Part shown: piece by piece, positions 1 to 13,039 of the stretch
How the letters are laid out: every line of letters starts with the position of its first letter
Position numbering within the stretch: the first letter of the stretch is position 1
NCBI RefSeq assembly: GCF_006345805.1
Contig: NC_043000.1
Span: forward strand, 155,248,001 to 155,312,000
Direction of reading: 5' to 3'
From: Octopus sinensis
Taxonomy: Eukaryota
DNA length: 64,000 bases
Translations under genes and position numbers: made by a program
The notes under the pieces: model-generated
Told to the model about the DNA's origin: nothing
Seen by the model: the letters and a program-made list of their open reading frames with translations, nothing else
Database searches by the model: none

Positions 1-658
1 TCTAGTACAGATATTCATTTGCCATCGACGACCATCTGAGGGGGTAAAAATCTGTCATTTATAAAGAATATGGAAGTTTTGAATCAATATTGCCTCTGGG
101 TTTACTTAAAATAGATATGTTTATATATATATATATTTGTGCATAAGCTTAATAATGCGAATGGTTGTGTTTGTATTTGAACAACTGATATAGCTTCTAG
201 AATGAAAGAAACTGTTAACAGAAGATTGAAATGAAAATGTCAACAACTGCAGGCTTCTTCTTCATTGTAACGAAATGTAAGTCGGTGTTATGTAGGTTTA
301 TCAAAATATAAAAACTGAAAGTGACAAGTATTGTTGAGAGGCTGGCAAGTATTTAGTTAGAAAGATATATAACTAAAGGATAGAGATCAACAACGTGCAC
401 TGGAAGTGAAAAGGTAGGTACACACACAAACACACACACACAGGTTCACGCGATAGTAATGACATAGATAAGCACCAAATTATTTAAATTCTAAAATGCT
501 CAAATTATTAAATTTCAACTTCTTAATTAGGGTAAATTAGTTCAGAGGAACAAAAGTTAGCTACAAGTAATACAAAACTCGGGCGAGTAACAGAGAGGGA
601 AGTTGGGTAAGCAATTATGGAAGGAATTCATTCAATTGAGATGTTACAGATATATTGA

Positions 659-870
659 TTTCAAATTTTGGCACCAGACCAGCAATTTCGGAGGAGGGAG
701 CAAGTCGATTATATCAACCCTGGTGCTCAACTGGTACTTGTTTTATTGTTTCCGAAAAGATGAGAGGCCAAAGCGATCTTGGCAGAATTTCAACACAGAA
801 CGTAAAGACGACATGAAATGACACTAAGAATTTTGCCCTCCGTAGTAACGATTCTGCCAGCTTGCCGCCT
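659..870 (-). mobile_element. SINE family A copy (tRNA-derived head)
   Basis: Minus strand begins AGGCGGCAAGCTGGCAGAATCGTTA; body matches copies at 19054 and 48595. Confidence 0.8.
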
Positions 871-1048
871 TAATGTGACATATATATTACAAGATAAGCA
901 TTAATCTTTACAGCTGTTTCAAACCTTCAACGACCAGTTGATATTACAATGCATATTATGCAAACAAGTATACATAATGTGGGAATATTACAAAAAGAAA
1001 TATGCGACAATTCGTATGAAGTTTAAAAGAAGAGTTTCTTCAAGTAGG

Positions 1049-1082
<34 letters not shown>

Positions 1083-1741
1083 GTGAGTGTGTGTGTGACT
1101 GTGTGTATATGTAAGTATGTGTTCGTGTGTATGTGTGCTTGTGTATATGTGTGCATGTGTATATGTGTGTATGCGTGCGTGTGCGTGCACGTGCATGTGT
1201 ATGTATGTGTATGTGTGTGTCTGTTACCCATGTTTCATGTATATAAACAAAAATACGACTGATAGGCGAGAAATCAATTACTGGACGGATACAAGAATAC
1301 ACGATATGAGCAAACTACAGACCTTCCGATCTAAAATATAGAATATGCTAAGCGAATGAAACAATGGAATTAATTTATACAAGTTAGAAGAGAATGTACT
1401 GACGTGTACGTTTCGATTTTCGATGTTATCAAACAAACATCAGGGTTTAATTCGTGAGCGCATAGTTATGAGTTTGGGAATCTTATATTAGAAGTTTTTA
1501 AATCAGTTTTAATGCTAATGTATAAATTTGAAAACATGTATATAGAGAAGAAAGAATATACCTATATATACAGAGAAAAGAAACAAAAAAAGAAGAAACG
1601 GAAAAATAATGATGAAGAAATATACATAATTAGCAAACCTGTCGGGCGGCTTTTAAGCTGACTCCTGTGGAGGACTCATCATTGGGCCTTGGGCCCAACA
1701 ATGACACTTCATGCATTGAGTACATATTAAATTTTATTTAA

Positions 1742-1948
1742 CTTTACTCTTTTACTCTTTTACTCTTTTACTCTTTTACTTGTTTTAGTCATTTGACTGC
1801 GGCCATGCTGGAGCACCACTTTTAATCGACCACTTGGTCGGCCCGAGGCTATAGTATAAGACACTTGCCCAAGGTGCCACGCAGTGGGACTGAACCCGGA
1901 ACCGTGTGGTTGGTAAGCAAGCTACTTACCACACAGCTACTCCTGCGC
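1742..1948 (-). mobile_element. SINE family B copy, internally deleted
   Basis: Head GCGCAGGAGTAGCTGTGTGGTAAG joined to tail CAGCATGGCCGCAGTCAAATGACT plus (AAGAGTA)n; central part absent. Confidence 0.85.
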
Positions 1949-2081
1949 TCTTGACCAATATTTTTCAAGCAATGAACAATTTTCATTATAACAATGATAT
2001 AATTTTTCGACTTGGAACTTATTGCAAAGCTGCATGATAAGCAACATATTCGGGGTCAGTAAAATTTCTTTTCTGTCTAAC

Positions 2082-2088
2082 CTCTCTC

Positions 2089-2175
<87 letters not shown>

Positions 2176-2480
2176 CTCACTTTCTGTTGATTATTTTCAA
2201 TCATCACCATCACCAGTACAACCACCATCACCACCACAACTGCCATACATACGTCATCCAGACTTCTGACGCCACCACGATCAATACCTTTGATTTCGCT
2301 GCCTTTCCCTCCACCACCATCATCACTGTTTTTCATATCGTTTACTAACACCATCATCCCTGACCGCCTCGGCTACCAACACCACCACCACCATCACCGT
2401 AACCTCCGCCTCTATCACAACTACCGATCATACTATTACTATCAACCCATTACCGTCACAACTGTCAATCTAGGGCCTCT
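2082..2480. repeat. (CT)n/(TATC)n run followed by degenerate (CAC/CAT)n
   Basis: Seen directly; explains the ORFs at 2022-2529. Confidence 0.9.
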
Positions 2481-3239
2481 CTCATCGTCTCCATGCCTAC
2501 TATTACTCTCACCCCAGCAGGAAGAATAGTAGAAGTGTCATTGAATAGTGAGAGAGAGAGGGCCAAAGTGTAACACACTGACACACAGAAGTTCGTTTTG
2601 GCATTTATTATAATAGATGATATCTTCGAAAGAGGAAAGGAAAGGAGAGAAGAAAAAGGAAATATTGCTATACTAGGAGTTTTCATTTGATAGAAATATG
2701 TTTTCTAATTGCTCATAATTCGAAAAAATAAGTAGAATATTTGTATATAAGAAATGTAGTGGAAAATATGTTGTGTATTATATATCATCTAGTAAGACGT
2801 CTGAACTGAATCAGATAATGTTACCAGATCAAAGGTAAGTAAATTTGAAGGAATTTCGAAAAGGTGTATGATGAGAGCAAGATATTATTACTGGTTATGG
2901 CATTAGGAATTTCTGAAAGATATGAATATATATCATGTATTTATTCTGTTCTCCATGATTGCACCATGATCATTTTACCTGATAGTTGCTCCCAGATTAT
3001 TACTATATTTTTGATTGTACTTCATCTCCTTTCAAATTTTTTTTTCTACTTCAATAATACGTTTTCATATAATCCTCTAATATTTATTTTGGCTTCATGA
3101 TTCGCGAAATGTAATTCATTCTATATAAGGAATACACTTATTCCTTATTGAGGTCCTTCTGGTAAGTACCAAACCTGAAAACTCTCCATCACTGAGTGAC
3201 TTTTGTCTCTTCCTGCCGATTAAAATTTTTAAAAATATT

Positions 3240-3700
3240 CTTTTACCTTTAAATTCACACTTTAGCCATTTTTGGCTCATACCTTTCATGTGACAACGCC
3301 TTGGACTCATATCCATGCAGGCATTTCTTCACACAAGCCTCCTGCCTCCCATTTAACCTCACACACTCTCACTCCCCACCCCTTACATCCTATCCTCGTG
3401 CACACGATCATACACACACACCAGTACCTTCCCCACTAATTCACGCCATTATATCTCCTCCTTTGCACATATCTATACGCACCCCACCAAAAAAACCTAC
3501 ACATCGCGCTTCACATGACCATCTTCATACGCTCTTACACCTGCATATACATGCTTACCTGACATCCTTTCTGTGCACCTTATAGACCCGCTTTCCTACG
3601 TGGCTTCAAATGCCCCCTCTTCCCCCTCTCCCGTCTCTCTATCTCACTCTTTCACCTACTTAGCCTCTGTCTAACTCCTATGCTTTTCTCTCTTTCTAAT
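3240..3700 (-). mobile_element. Highly decayed RTE-like LINE 3' relic
   Basis: Minus-strand peptides resembling RTE C-terminal motifs (GK.VYAGVR; CVKKC); many disablements. Confidence 0.35.
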
Positions 3701-4109
3701 AAAATTCAAACATCCGAAAGGTTAAAACTCATTTTTCTTAAGCGTTAATCTAATACAGCATCTGTTAATACGTATCCCTCCCACTTTGCCTTTATCTTCC
3801 TTTTATTTGCCAGTAATCGATTCTGTTTTTTTTTTAATTATATATTTATTAAACATGATATAAACTGAATAAACAGAAGAACGTAGAAATAGATCTTCTC
3901 TTGATGTGGCCATTGCCTCACCTCATATGGTTATGGTATTGATATACATGCATATGTATGCATGTGTGTGTGTGCGTCAGTGCGTGTGTGTATGTGCGTT
4001 CGTGCGTACGTGTCTGTGTGTATGTGCGTGCATGTGTGCTTGTGTATGTGTGTTTGTGTGCGTACGTGTATGTGTGCGTGTATGTATGTGAGTATGTTTA
4101 TATCTGATG

Positions 4110-4196
4110 AAGCCTTCTGGCTTCACAGACCCCAGTAGAACCGTCCAACCCATGCTAGCATGGAAAACGGACGCTAAATGATGATGATGATTATAA
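4110..4196 (+). mobile_element. 3' tail fragment of another retroposon
   Basis: AACCGTCCAACCCATGCTAGCATGGAAAACGGACGCTAAA followed by (TGA)n tail; single copy in window, recognised only. Confidence 0.45.
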
Positions 4197-4325
4197 ACAT
4201 TTACAGTCTTAAAATAATCTTATCGACTTATATGATGGAATATTACTTTGAAAACAATCATTTCTCTCTCTCTCTCTCTCTTTCTCTGAGTATATACATA
4301 CATACATACATACATACATACATAA

Positions 4326-4387
<62 letters not shown>

Positions 4388-4434
4388 CGGAGTAAACACA
4401 TAAATGTGAAGCAAGGTGGAAAAAAGAGTACTTT

Positions 4435-4473
<39 letters not shown>

Positions 4474-5554
4474 AATTAAGGACTGAACACGAAAAGTGGA
4501 CAGTCAACATGCTAGATATAGACGTCAAATCGCCATTCACCACAAAAGATTATGTTCTCAGATCAAACTCAACACAAAACCATAGCAATAAACAAGTGAA
4601 AAATATACGAAATAAAATAATTACCCATGTACTAAATTAGTTTCAGCTGTTATTTTCCGCATCGCTTTAAATTTAGCATTATTTAACCATATGACGCATG
4701 TAAACAGTGTATATATATATCTGTGTACGAGTGTGTGCTGGAGTAAATTTGTATATCTGCGTACGGGAACGTGCGTTATCTTAGCTGATTTATACAGCAG
4801 CTATTTGGTAGATATAAACTATACACGTTATGAACATGGCTTCTCTCTTAGAAGTACAAAACTATACATACAACTAGCACAACCCAATGTCGTGCGTACT
4901 TTGAAAAGATGGCGAAGAATGCTCTAATTCTTTACAATCTTGAATCAGTTTTTGTTATATTCATTCAAGCAACAATTACAACGTGAATGCAGTAGTACCA
5001 TTAGTGAAGCCAACGGAATTTCTGACTCATTCAGTTTTGCTTTTATCAATGTATATCTTATCTTAGAAAACGTCACGTGAGATATAAAACAGATGAAATT
5101 TATAGTTGACAGAAAAATAAATACCAGGCGAAGAAGTTAAAAATTCTTGTCAGTGGTTTTATGATTTGTTCTAAGTCAAAGCACTTATATTGCATATTGC
5201 CCAGTCCATCTACTAATATATAAGTACCGTTACCTGAAAAACTGTAATGGCAGCCCTGTCGATCAGTATACGATTCATATAGACGTAAGTTGAAGAGCAA
5301 TAAGTTGTCATAAATGCAATTAATAAAATTGGCGTTTTTCTCTGATCATCAAAGCTATGATGAAATGTATTCCAACCATGACCCATCTCGTCTATTCAAA
5401 CGTATGAAGGATTACATTATATATTGTGTCATTGGCATATTTAAGACAACCTTGTAGAAGCCCCTGTTCTGCATCATAAGGTAAACTGCACGCAACAATC
5501 ACACTTATCTCATATCATGAGAAATATTTATCTCATATATATATACATACATAC

Positions 5555-5636
<82 letters not shown>

Positions 5637-5799
5637 AACAAATATTATTCATAAATGGTTATTTTTGTCTGTCGATTTATCTGTTACCATGTTGCTGTCT
5701 ACATCAAAGAATAAATCTTAACGTAACTTTGCATATATGTTAAACTAACACCCAGTTCAATTATAGGCTAATTGGACTTCACACACGCACACACACACA

Positions 5800-5834
<35 letters not shown>

Positions 5835-5853
5835 ACATACATACACATACATA

Positions 5854-6511
5854 TCTACTGAATACTATTTTAAACTAGTAATTACCTATGTGTAGTACGT
5901 TTGGAAATGTTTGTATGTGCTTGTTTCAGTGTGTGTGTATGTGTGTGTGTCACGTCGTATAACAGTCTGTCTCTCTACTTTTGTAGGGTCTCCCCTGTTA
6001 CTGTCACATACTGAGAAATTTTAAAGTTACGTCAAAATTTTCAAATTTGGTATATCCAATTTTGTTATTTATTTGTTCCAGAAAAATTGCTGGAAAACGT
6101 TACTGAGGTTTAAAATATGATTAATTTCACGTAATCAGAAAACAAGATTTGGAAGCTGGTATTTTCTGCATGATAGTTGTCTATCACAAAATGAAAGCAA
6201 AATCATTACGAAGAGGATTTTTTATCAAATATACGAAAGCAAAGCATTACAACGACCAAAATTGGAAGAACCTCTGAAGTTTTAATAAGTTTAAATGAGT
6301 AAAGTCATGTTAAACGGTCGGAGAGACGTATAAGATGTTTAAAGGGTAAAAAAGAATACTCAACGATGTTTTTTGCGAATAATTGCACAAATATGTCCTG
6401 ATTAAGAGGCCTATCTGTCGGGGAGGGCATAGTTTGATATGGAATAAGCAGACGTTTATATAAGACATTCTATTGTAAACGTTGCCCAGCAACGACGGGT
6501 TATTCAGCTAG
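5854..6511 (+). mobile_element. Putative non-autonomous Helitron
   Basis: A|TC at 5853/5854; 3' hairpin CCCAGCAACGACGGG then CTAG (6508-6511) followed by T; no TSD; 5' end less certain. Confidence 0.55.
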
Positions 6512-6584
6512 TGTGTGTGTATACATATACATATATATAGATATAGATATAGCTATATATGCGTGTGTGTGTGTGTGTGCTTGT

Positions 6585-6625
<41 letters not shown>

Positions 6626-7019
6626 TGTATGCGTGAATGTGTACGTATACACGTGCACTCAGACACACACACACACACATATCGTGTGTACAGTTAGATT
6701 TACGACTACTACTCTTTGAATTAAATCTCCACGTAGACTATCATTATGCAGTCAGCTTCCAGTAGAGTGGTTATAAATTATCTCGCCATGTCTGATGCCA
6801 GGTATTAGGTCTCTGTTACGGAATGCAATAAAGTGCTCCCCTGATGATGCATTGCGGTTAAGCATCCAAATGCACTTGGAACATCCAATGTTGAGTTTCA
6901 AATGACTACAATTGGGAAATGTACTGAAGGACAGAATATTTATACTCGCTTTTGTCTTAACTTTCCACTATGCACGTATATATGTATGTATGGATGCATG
7001 TATGCATGCATACATGCAT

Positions 7020-7120
7020 CCATGTATGTATGTATGTGTGTATGGATGTATTATGTCTGTCTGTCTATCTATCTATCTATCTATCTATCTATATATCTAT
7101 CTATCTATCTATCTATCTGC

Positions 7121-7155
<35 letters not shown>

Positions 7156-7194
7156 TCTATATATATATACATATATATATATGTATATATATAT

Positions 7195-7274
<80 letters not shown>

Positions 7275-7297
7275 TAATATATATATATATATATATG
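7020..7297. repeat. (TATG)n-(TATC)n-(TA)n compound microsatellite
   Basis: Seen directly. Confidence 0.95.
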
Positions 7298-7686
7298 AGA
7301 AGGTGAATGAATTATCCCAGTATGGATAATTCGGTTAACCGATACCTGGGTAGCAAATTCACGTCAGAAAACACGGTTGAAGCTATATACCAAGGGCAGG
7401 GATCCCGTGTTCTCGTGTGTAAATTTGTGTGTTTTTTTAACAATGAATAAATGAAAGAATGGAGTCGAACGACGATTTTAACAAAATTCCTTTACTCTCG
7501 ACACATGTTTCGAAGGCTGCATATTCCTAATTCCGAAGGAATAAATATATATATATATATTTTTTTTTTTATAAGGGCACTGGGGTGTGCTAGGATATGT
7601 AGGTCCCGGGTTGATTCGGGGTTAACCACAGTAAATAAGGTACTCAATACATAGCAGAGTAAAATTAATTTATTATATAGAAGGAG

Positions 7687-7733
7687 CTTCTACAGGACTA
7701 GAACTGTTTCATTCAAGAGAAATCTTCAGGAAG
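7687..7733 (-). ncRNA. Type I hammerhead ribozyme (predicted), mirror copy
   Basis: Identical to 7892-7938 on the minus strand; helix I can extend AG(C)CTTC/GAAGCT. Confidence 0.7.
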
Positions 7734-7891
7734 GCTATACGGTAGACCGGCTCCCAGCCGGTAACCCAGCCGTACCGTTCTGCCTCTCTCGCCACCAGCC
7801 GGCATAATCGATTGTGCCTGGCCAGCCTCTGCGTTTTGAGCCGTGAGCACTGACCACTGATGTGGGAGATCGTTTCAGACGCGCTCCTGCA

Positions 7892-7938
7892 CTTCCTGAA
7901 GATTTCTCTTGAATGAAACAGTTCTAGTCCTGTAGAAG
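7892..7938 (+). ncRNA. Type I hammerhead ribozyme (predicted)
   Basis: CTTC-CTGAAGA-T[TTC TCTT GAA]T-GAA-[ACAG ttctagtc CTGT]-A/GAAG; helix I CTTC/GAAG, helix III ACAG/CTGT, GTA triplet, cut after 7934. Confidence 0.7.
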
Positions 7939-8472
7939 CTCCTTCTATATAATAAATTAATTTTACTCTGCTATGTATTGAGTACCTTATTTACTGTGGT
8001 TAACCCCGAATCAACCCGGGACCTATATATATATATATATATTTATATATATTTCTACTGTATATGCATCAGTATAAACATCGTGCTTGACTCCGGTTCA
8101 TAAAAGAGACATGAAACTTTGTAGAAGGCAATTAGCAGAACTTAGGATAATATATTTGCCGTAGATTTTTGAAGAGAGCCACATACTTCTGCTTTAGTAG
8201 TTCTATACTTTCTACATTAAGGTACTTTACTTGAAATACTTCTTTTGATAGCCATGGGAAGATGTCAATAGGTATTACAGATTAAGGTATAAAATAACAA
8301 CTATCAAGTTTACTAGTCGGTAAACTTATGTCGAGAATACAATTGAAGAATCACTTAAAATATATTTTCTCGGTATGGTGGATTCTAATTGAGAATAAAA
8401 TTTCAATTAGGTGGATCGGAAATCTAGCCCGCATTACTATTCGATATGAATAGATTAATATTATATATATTC

Positions 8473-8795
8473 CTTTACTGTTTTACTATTTTATTTTTTT
8501 CAGTCATTTGACTGTGGCCATGCTGAAGCAACGTACTTATGCTATCGGTCTCTTTTGCCGAACCGTTAGGCTACGAGGACGTAAACACAACAGCATCTGT
8601 TGTCAAGTGATGTTGGGGGGGGGGACAAACACAGACACACAAACATACACACATATATACGTCAGGTTTCTTTCTTTCTGTTTCCGCCTACCAAATCCAC
8701 TCACAAGGTTTTGCCCAAGGTGTCACGCAGTAGGACTGAACCCGGAACCATGTGGTTGGTAAGCAAGCTACTTACCACACAACCACTCCTGCGCC
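8473..8795 (-). mobile_element. SINE family B copy, partly deleted
   Basis: Head, CCTTGGGCAA core and tail present; head abuts (TA)n. Confidence 0.85.
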
Positions 8796-8891
8796 TATAA
8801 ATGTATATATATATATATATATGGCCGCGGCTTTCGGGCTAAAACATTTTTAAGGATTTAAGGATTTAAGGATATATATATGTTTGGATAG

Positions 8892-8933
<42 letters not shown>

Positions 8934-9386
8934 GGTGAGAGAGAGAGAGAGAGATAAATAGATAGGTTGACAGTCATCTTTTGTGTAATTATATATGAGT
9001 GTATATATGTGTATGCATGTATTTATATAGATATATACATGGAGGATATATGAAATAATGTCATGTATGAGGCGAATTTTTACCGCAAATTGCCAGTATC
9101 GGAAAAATTCTTGTGTACATTTAATTGGAGAAAATATTTTAACGTTTGATGGTATTTCGAGTCGGAACTCAAAATTTAAAAATACATATTTTGCTTGCCG
9201 CAAAAGTAACGGGAAATACCACCACAAAACTCATATTGCAATGTTAATGCTATGTTGTGTTAGCTGAATATGCAACAGTAGTTATTTTAAAAAAGATATT
9301 GGTTTTTGTAATGAAGTCGAAAATTTTCAGCAAACTATTAAAGTGAAAAATGAGCTTAAAACAACATCTGTATTTTAATTAACATT

Positions 9387-9625
9387 CTCTTTTACTCTTT
9401 ACTATTTTACTCTTTACTCTTTTACTCTTTTACTTGTTTCAGTCATTTGACTGCGGCCATGCTGGAGCACCGCCTTTAATCGAGCAACTCGACCCCGGGA
9501 CCTATTCTTTTTGTAAGCCCAGTACTTATTCTATCGGTCTCTTTTGCCGAACCGCTAAGTGACGGGGACGTAAACACACCAGCATCGCTTGTCAAGCAAT
9601 GCTAGGGGGGACAACACACACACAT

Positions 9626-9656
<31 letters not shown>

Positions 9657-9824
9657 CTATATACGACAGGCTTCTTTCAGTTTCCGTCTACCAAATCCAC
9701 TCACAAGGCTTTGGTCGGCAAGGGGCTATAGCAGAAGACATTTGCCCAAGATGCTACGCAGTGGGACTGAACCCGGAACCATGTGTTGGTAAGCAAGCTA
9801 CAACCACACAGCCACTCCTGCGCC
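9387..9824 (-). mobile_element. SINE family B copy
   Basis: Full length with internal (TA)/(TG) microsatellite and (AAGAGTA)n tail. Confidence 0.9.
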
Positions 9825-10277
9825 TACTGTTATGTATATATTAAAGACAGATAGATTAAAAAAGATACATTTACAAAGATATATTCAAAATGGCTGTGGT
9901 TTTCGGTGTACATGTAATACGACTTTTGACTTATGATGTACATTTCTGAGTATGTGTGTATCTGTGTGTGTACTTGTGCATGTGTGTATAATGTATACAC
10001 ACACACCCACATACTCAGCGATGCATATACAATATCATTTAGTTAGTGGAAACAGTAATTCGCCTCTAATGCCATTACAAAGTTATATTACGAAACGTGT
10101 ATCAACATGTTGCTGCAAGTTTTCTTATCAAAATCAAAACGGCTAACAGATACTAGCGATTATTGAAACTTTGTTTCAGACTGTTTGGTTTCGGATGATT
10201 GAAATAAATTTTATATACTCTGCATCCTGCATTGAGTACTTTTCTCCCGTCATTAACATTATATACACACACACACC

Positions 10278-10346
<69 letters not shown>

Positions 10347-10350
10347 GCTT

Positions 10351-10554
10351 CTTTTACTCTTTTACTTGTTTCAGTCATTGACTGCGGCCATGCTGGAGCA
10401 CCGCCTTAATCGAGCAACTCGACCCCGGACCTATTCTTTTTGTAAGCCCAGTACTTATTCTATCGGTCTCTTTTGCCGAACCGCTAAGTGACGGGGACGT
10501 AAACACACCAGCATCGCTTGTCAAGCAATGCTAGGGGGACAAACACACACACAT

Positions 10555-10585
<31 letters not shown>

Positions 10586-10756
10586 CATATATACGACAGG
10601 CTTCTTTCAGTTTCCGTCTACCAAATCCACTCACAAGGCTTTGGTCGGCAAGGGGCTATAGCAGAAGACATTTGCCCAAGATGCTACGCAGTGGGACTGA
10701 ACCCGGAACCATGTGGTTGGTAAGCAAGCTACATACCACACAGCCACTCCTGCGCC
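10351..10756 (-). mobile_element. SINE family B copy (duplicate of 9387 copy)
   Basis: Shares private variants CATCGCTTG, GCAAGGGG, GACATTTG. Confidence 0.9.
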
Positions 10757-11200
10757 TACTGTTATGTATATATTAAAGACAGATAGATTAAAAAAGATAC
10801 ATTTACAAAGATATATTCAAAATGGCTGTGGTTTTCGGTGTACATGTAATACGACTTTTGACTTATGATGTACATTTCTGAGTATGTGTGTATCTGTGTG
10901 TGTACTTGATGCATGTGTGTATAATGTATACACACACACCCACATAATCAGCGATGCATATACAATATTTTAGTTTTTAGTGGAAACAGTTTTATTCGCT
11001 CTAATGCCATTACAAAGTTATATTACGAAACGGTATCAACATGTTGCTGCCAAGTTTTCTTATCAAAATCAAAACGGCTAAAAGATACTAGCGATTATTG
11101 AAACTTTGTTCAGACTGTTTGGTTTCGGATGATGAAATAAATTTTATATACTCTGCATCCTGCAATGAGTACTTTTCTCCCGATTCATTACACACATTAT

Positions 11201-11282
<82 letters not shown>

Positions 11283-11291
11283 ATTAATGAC

Positions 11292-11712
11292 CTCTTTTTA
11301 CTCTTTTACTTGTTTCAGTCATTTGACTGCAGCTATGCTGGAGCACCGCCTTTAATCGAGCAACTCGACCCCGGGACTTATTCTTTTTGTAAGCCCAGTA
11401 CCTATTCTATCTGTCTCGTTTGCCGAACCGCTAAGTTACGGGGACATAAACACACCAGCATCGGTTGTCAAACAATGCTAGGGGACAAACACAGACACAC
11501 AAACACACACACGCATATATATATATACATATATACATATATACGACGGGCTTCTTTCAGTTTCCGTCTACCAAATCCACTCACAAGGCTTTGGTCGGCC
11601 CGAGGCTATAGTAGAAGACACTTGCCCAAGGTGCTACGCATTGGGACTGAACCCGGAACCATGTGGTTGGTAAGCAAGTTACTTACCACACAGCCACTCC
11701 TGCTCCTGCGCC
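11292..11712 (-). mobile_element. SINE family B copy
   Basis: Full length; head abuts (TA)n. Confidence 0.9.
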
Positions 11713-12448
11713 TAATATATATATATATATATATATTCATATTCATATATATATGTATGTATGTATACAGACATACATGCATGCATATATATTTACACAC
11801 TCGCGCGTAACCATATATCTTCAGGATGTTGGCTCTCACGCATGCCTAAATCCGTTTATAGCTTACAATTTCATTCACTTCATGACCAGGTGGTAACAGT
11901 TAATGTTTAGATATTTCTACTTGCTGAACATTGAAAGAAATTCGATGCCAATGATATGGTTTCTTATGGGTACTAAACGTAATTACATGGTCTCAGATTT
12001 ATGCATTTGATACACTCTTTCCTGATGTAATAGCAATAACAACAACGATAGCAACAATAAGTTAATAAATGCGAAAAATAATTAGATGCGCTATTTTAAT
12101 TAACATAATTTCATCTAATTATAAATTCTTTCATTTGTGCAAGATGGCGGAACAGCATCAGTAAATGTCTCTTTATTTGTTCATCTTCCGTTGTGTGGTC
12201 TGGTCTCTGAGAAGGTTAACCTCTTGTTTCAATTCTCTGGCTGTCGCCTTTTTGCAGCACTATATTAATATATCACAAATAAAACATAATCTATCAACAA
12301 ACACATGGGATTGTCGGCTATAGGCTAACCTTAAATTTATAGTCTTTAACTTCTGAACAAATCCAAATCAATAGTATTTAACGCATTCCGTAACTTTCTC
12401 CCCCTCCCTCTAGTTTTTCTTTCTCTCTCTGTTGCTGCTTATCTGTCA

Positions 12449-12486
<38 letters not shown>

Positions 12487-12599
12487 TACTCATGTGTTTA
12501 TGCATGAATGTAAATGTGTGTCCGTCCACCGTCTTTCCCAACCGCACCTGACCTGTTGGCGATTTTTCCTTATTTATCCTTCCTGCTTTTTGGACTTTC

Positions 12600-12875
12600 C
12601 TGTTTCCCGGACAGAGCTGCGTATTGTGTTCTTGAGCAAGACACTTTATTTCACGTTGCTCCAGTTCACTCAGCTGTAGAAATGAGTTGCGACGTTACCG
12701 GTGCCATTCTGTTTCGGCCTTTGCCTTTCCCTTGGATGCCATCGGTGGCGTGGAGAGGGAAGGCTGGTATGTATGGGCGACTGCTGGCTTTCCATAAACA
12801 ACCTTGCTCGGACTTGTGCCTCGGAGGGTAACTTTCTAGGTGCAATCCCATGTCATTCGTGACCGAAGAGGACCT
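12600..12875 (+). mobile_element. SINE family D copy, 5' degenerate
   Basis: TTGAGCAAGACACTTTATTTCACGTTGCTCCAG core; aligns with the 56237-56807 copy. Confidence 0.75.
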
Positions 12876-13039
12876 CCGAATACATTCTCAACATTGAGAA
12901 TAAAAAAAACACTTACTTTTTATCAGAGACGGATGTACTTAGGATTTGACGGTTAGTCCTTCCAAATATATACTTTACGTCCTCTCATTATTCCTCTCCC
13001 TCTCTCCCCTATTCTCTTTCTTACTGTTCTTATTTCATA

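Larger units (their letters stand above)
7600..8025. mobile_element. Fold-back element: perfect 134-bp inverted arms (7600-7733, 7892-8025) around a 158-bp GC-rich spacer; Penelope-like inverted pLTR architecture
   Basis: Arms are exact reverse complements; each begins at its inner end with a hammerhead motif. Confidence 0.8.
9387..11290. repeat. Tandem duplication, period about 932 bp (SINE B plus ~500-bp unique flank)
   Basis: CGCCTACTGTTATG at 9821 and 10753; flanks align throughout. Confidence 0.9.

Noticed and set aside
2793-2834. Possible 42-nt exon ending in AAG|GTAAGT
   Set aside because: Good donor but poor acceptor pyrimidine tract; chance occurrence likely without transcript data.
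4105-4127. CTGATGA followed by hairpin GAAGCC-TTCT-GGCTTC
   Set aside because: No GAAA and no helix I/III partners; not a hammerhead.
8095-8140. GAAACTTTGTA/GAAGG resembling a hammerhead 3' half
   Set aside because: No CTGANGA core upstream.
8821-8872. GC-rich snippet with (AAGGATTT)n
   Set aside because: Looks like a ~50-bp tail fragment of another SINE; too short to characterise.
12141-12150. AAGATGGCGG YY1-like or start-codon motif
   Set aside because: Isolated 10-mer, frame stops after 6 codons, no supporting promoter context.
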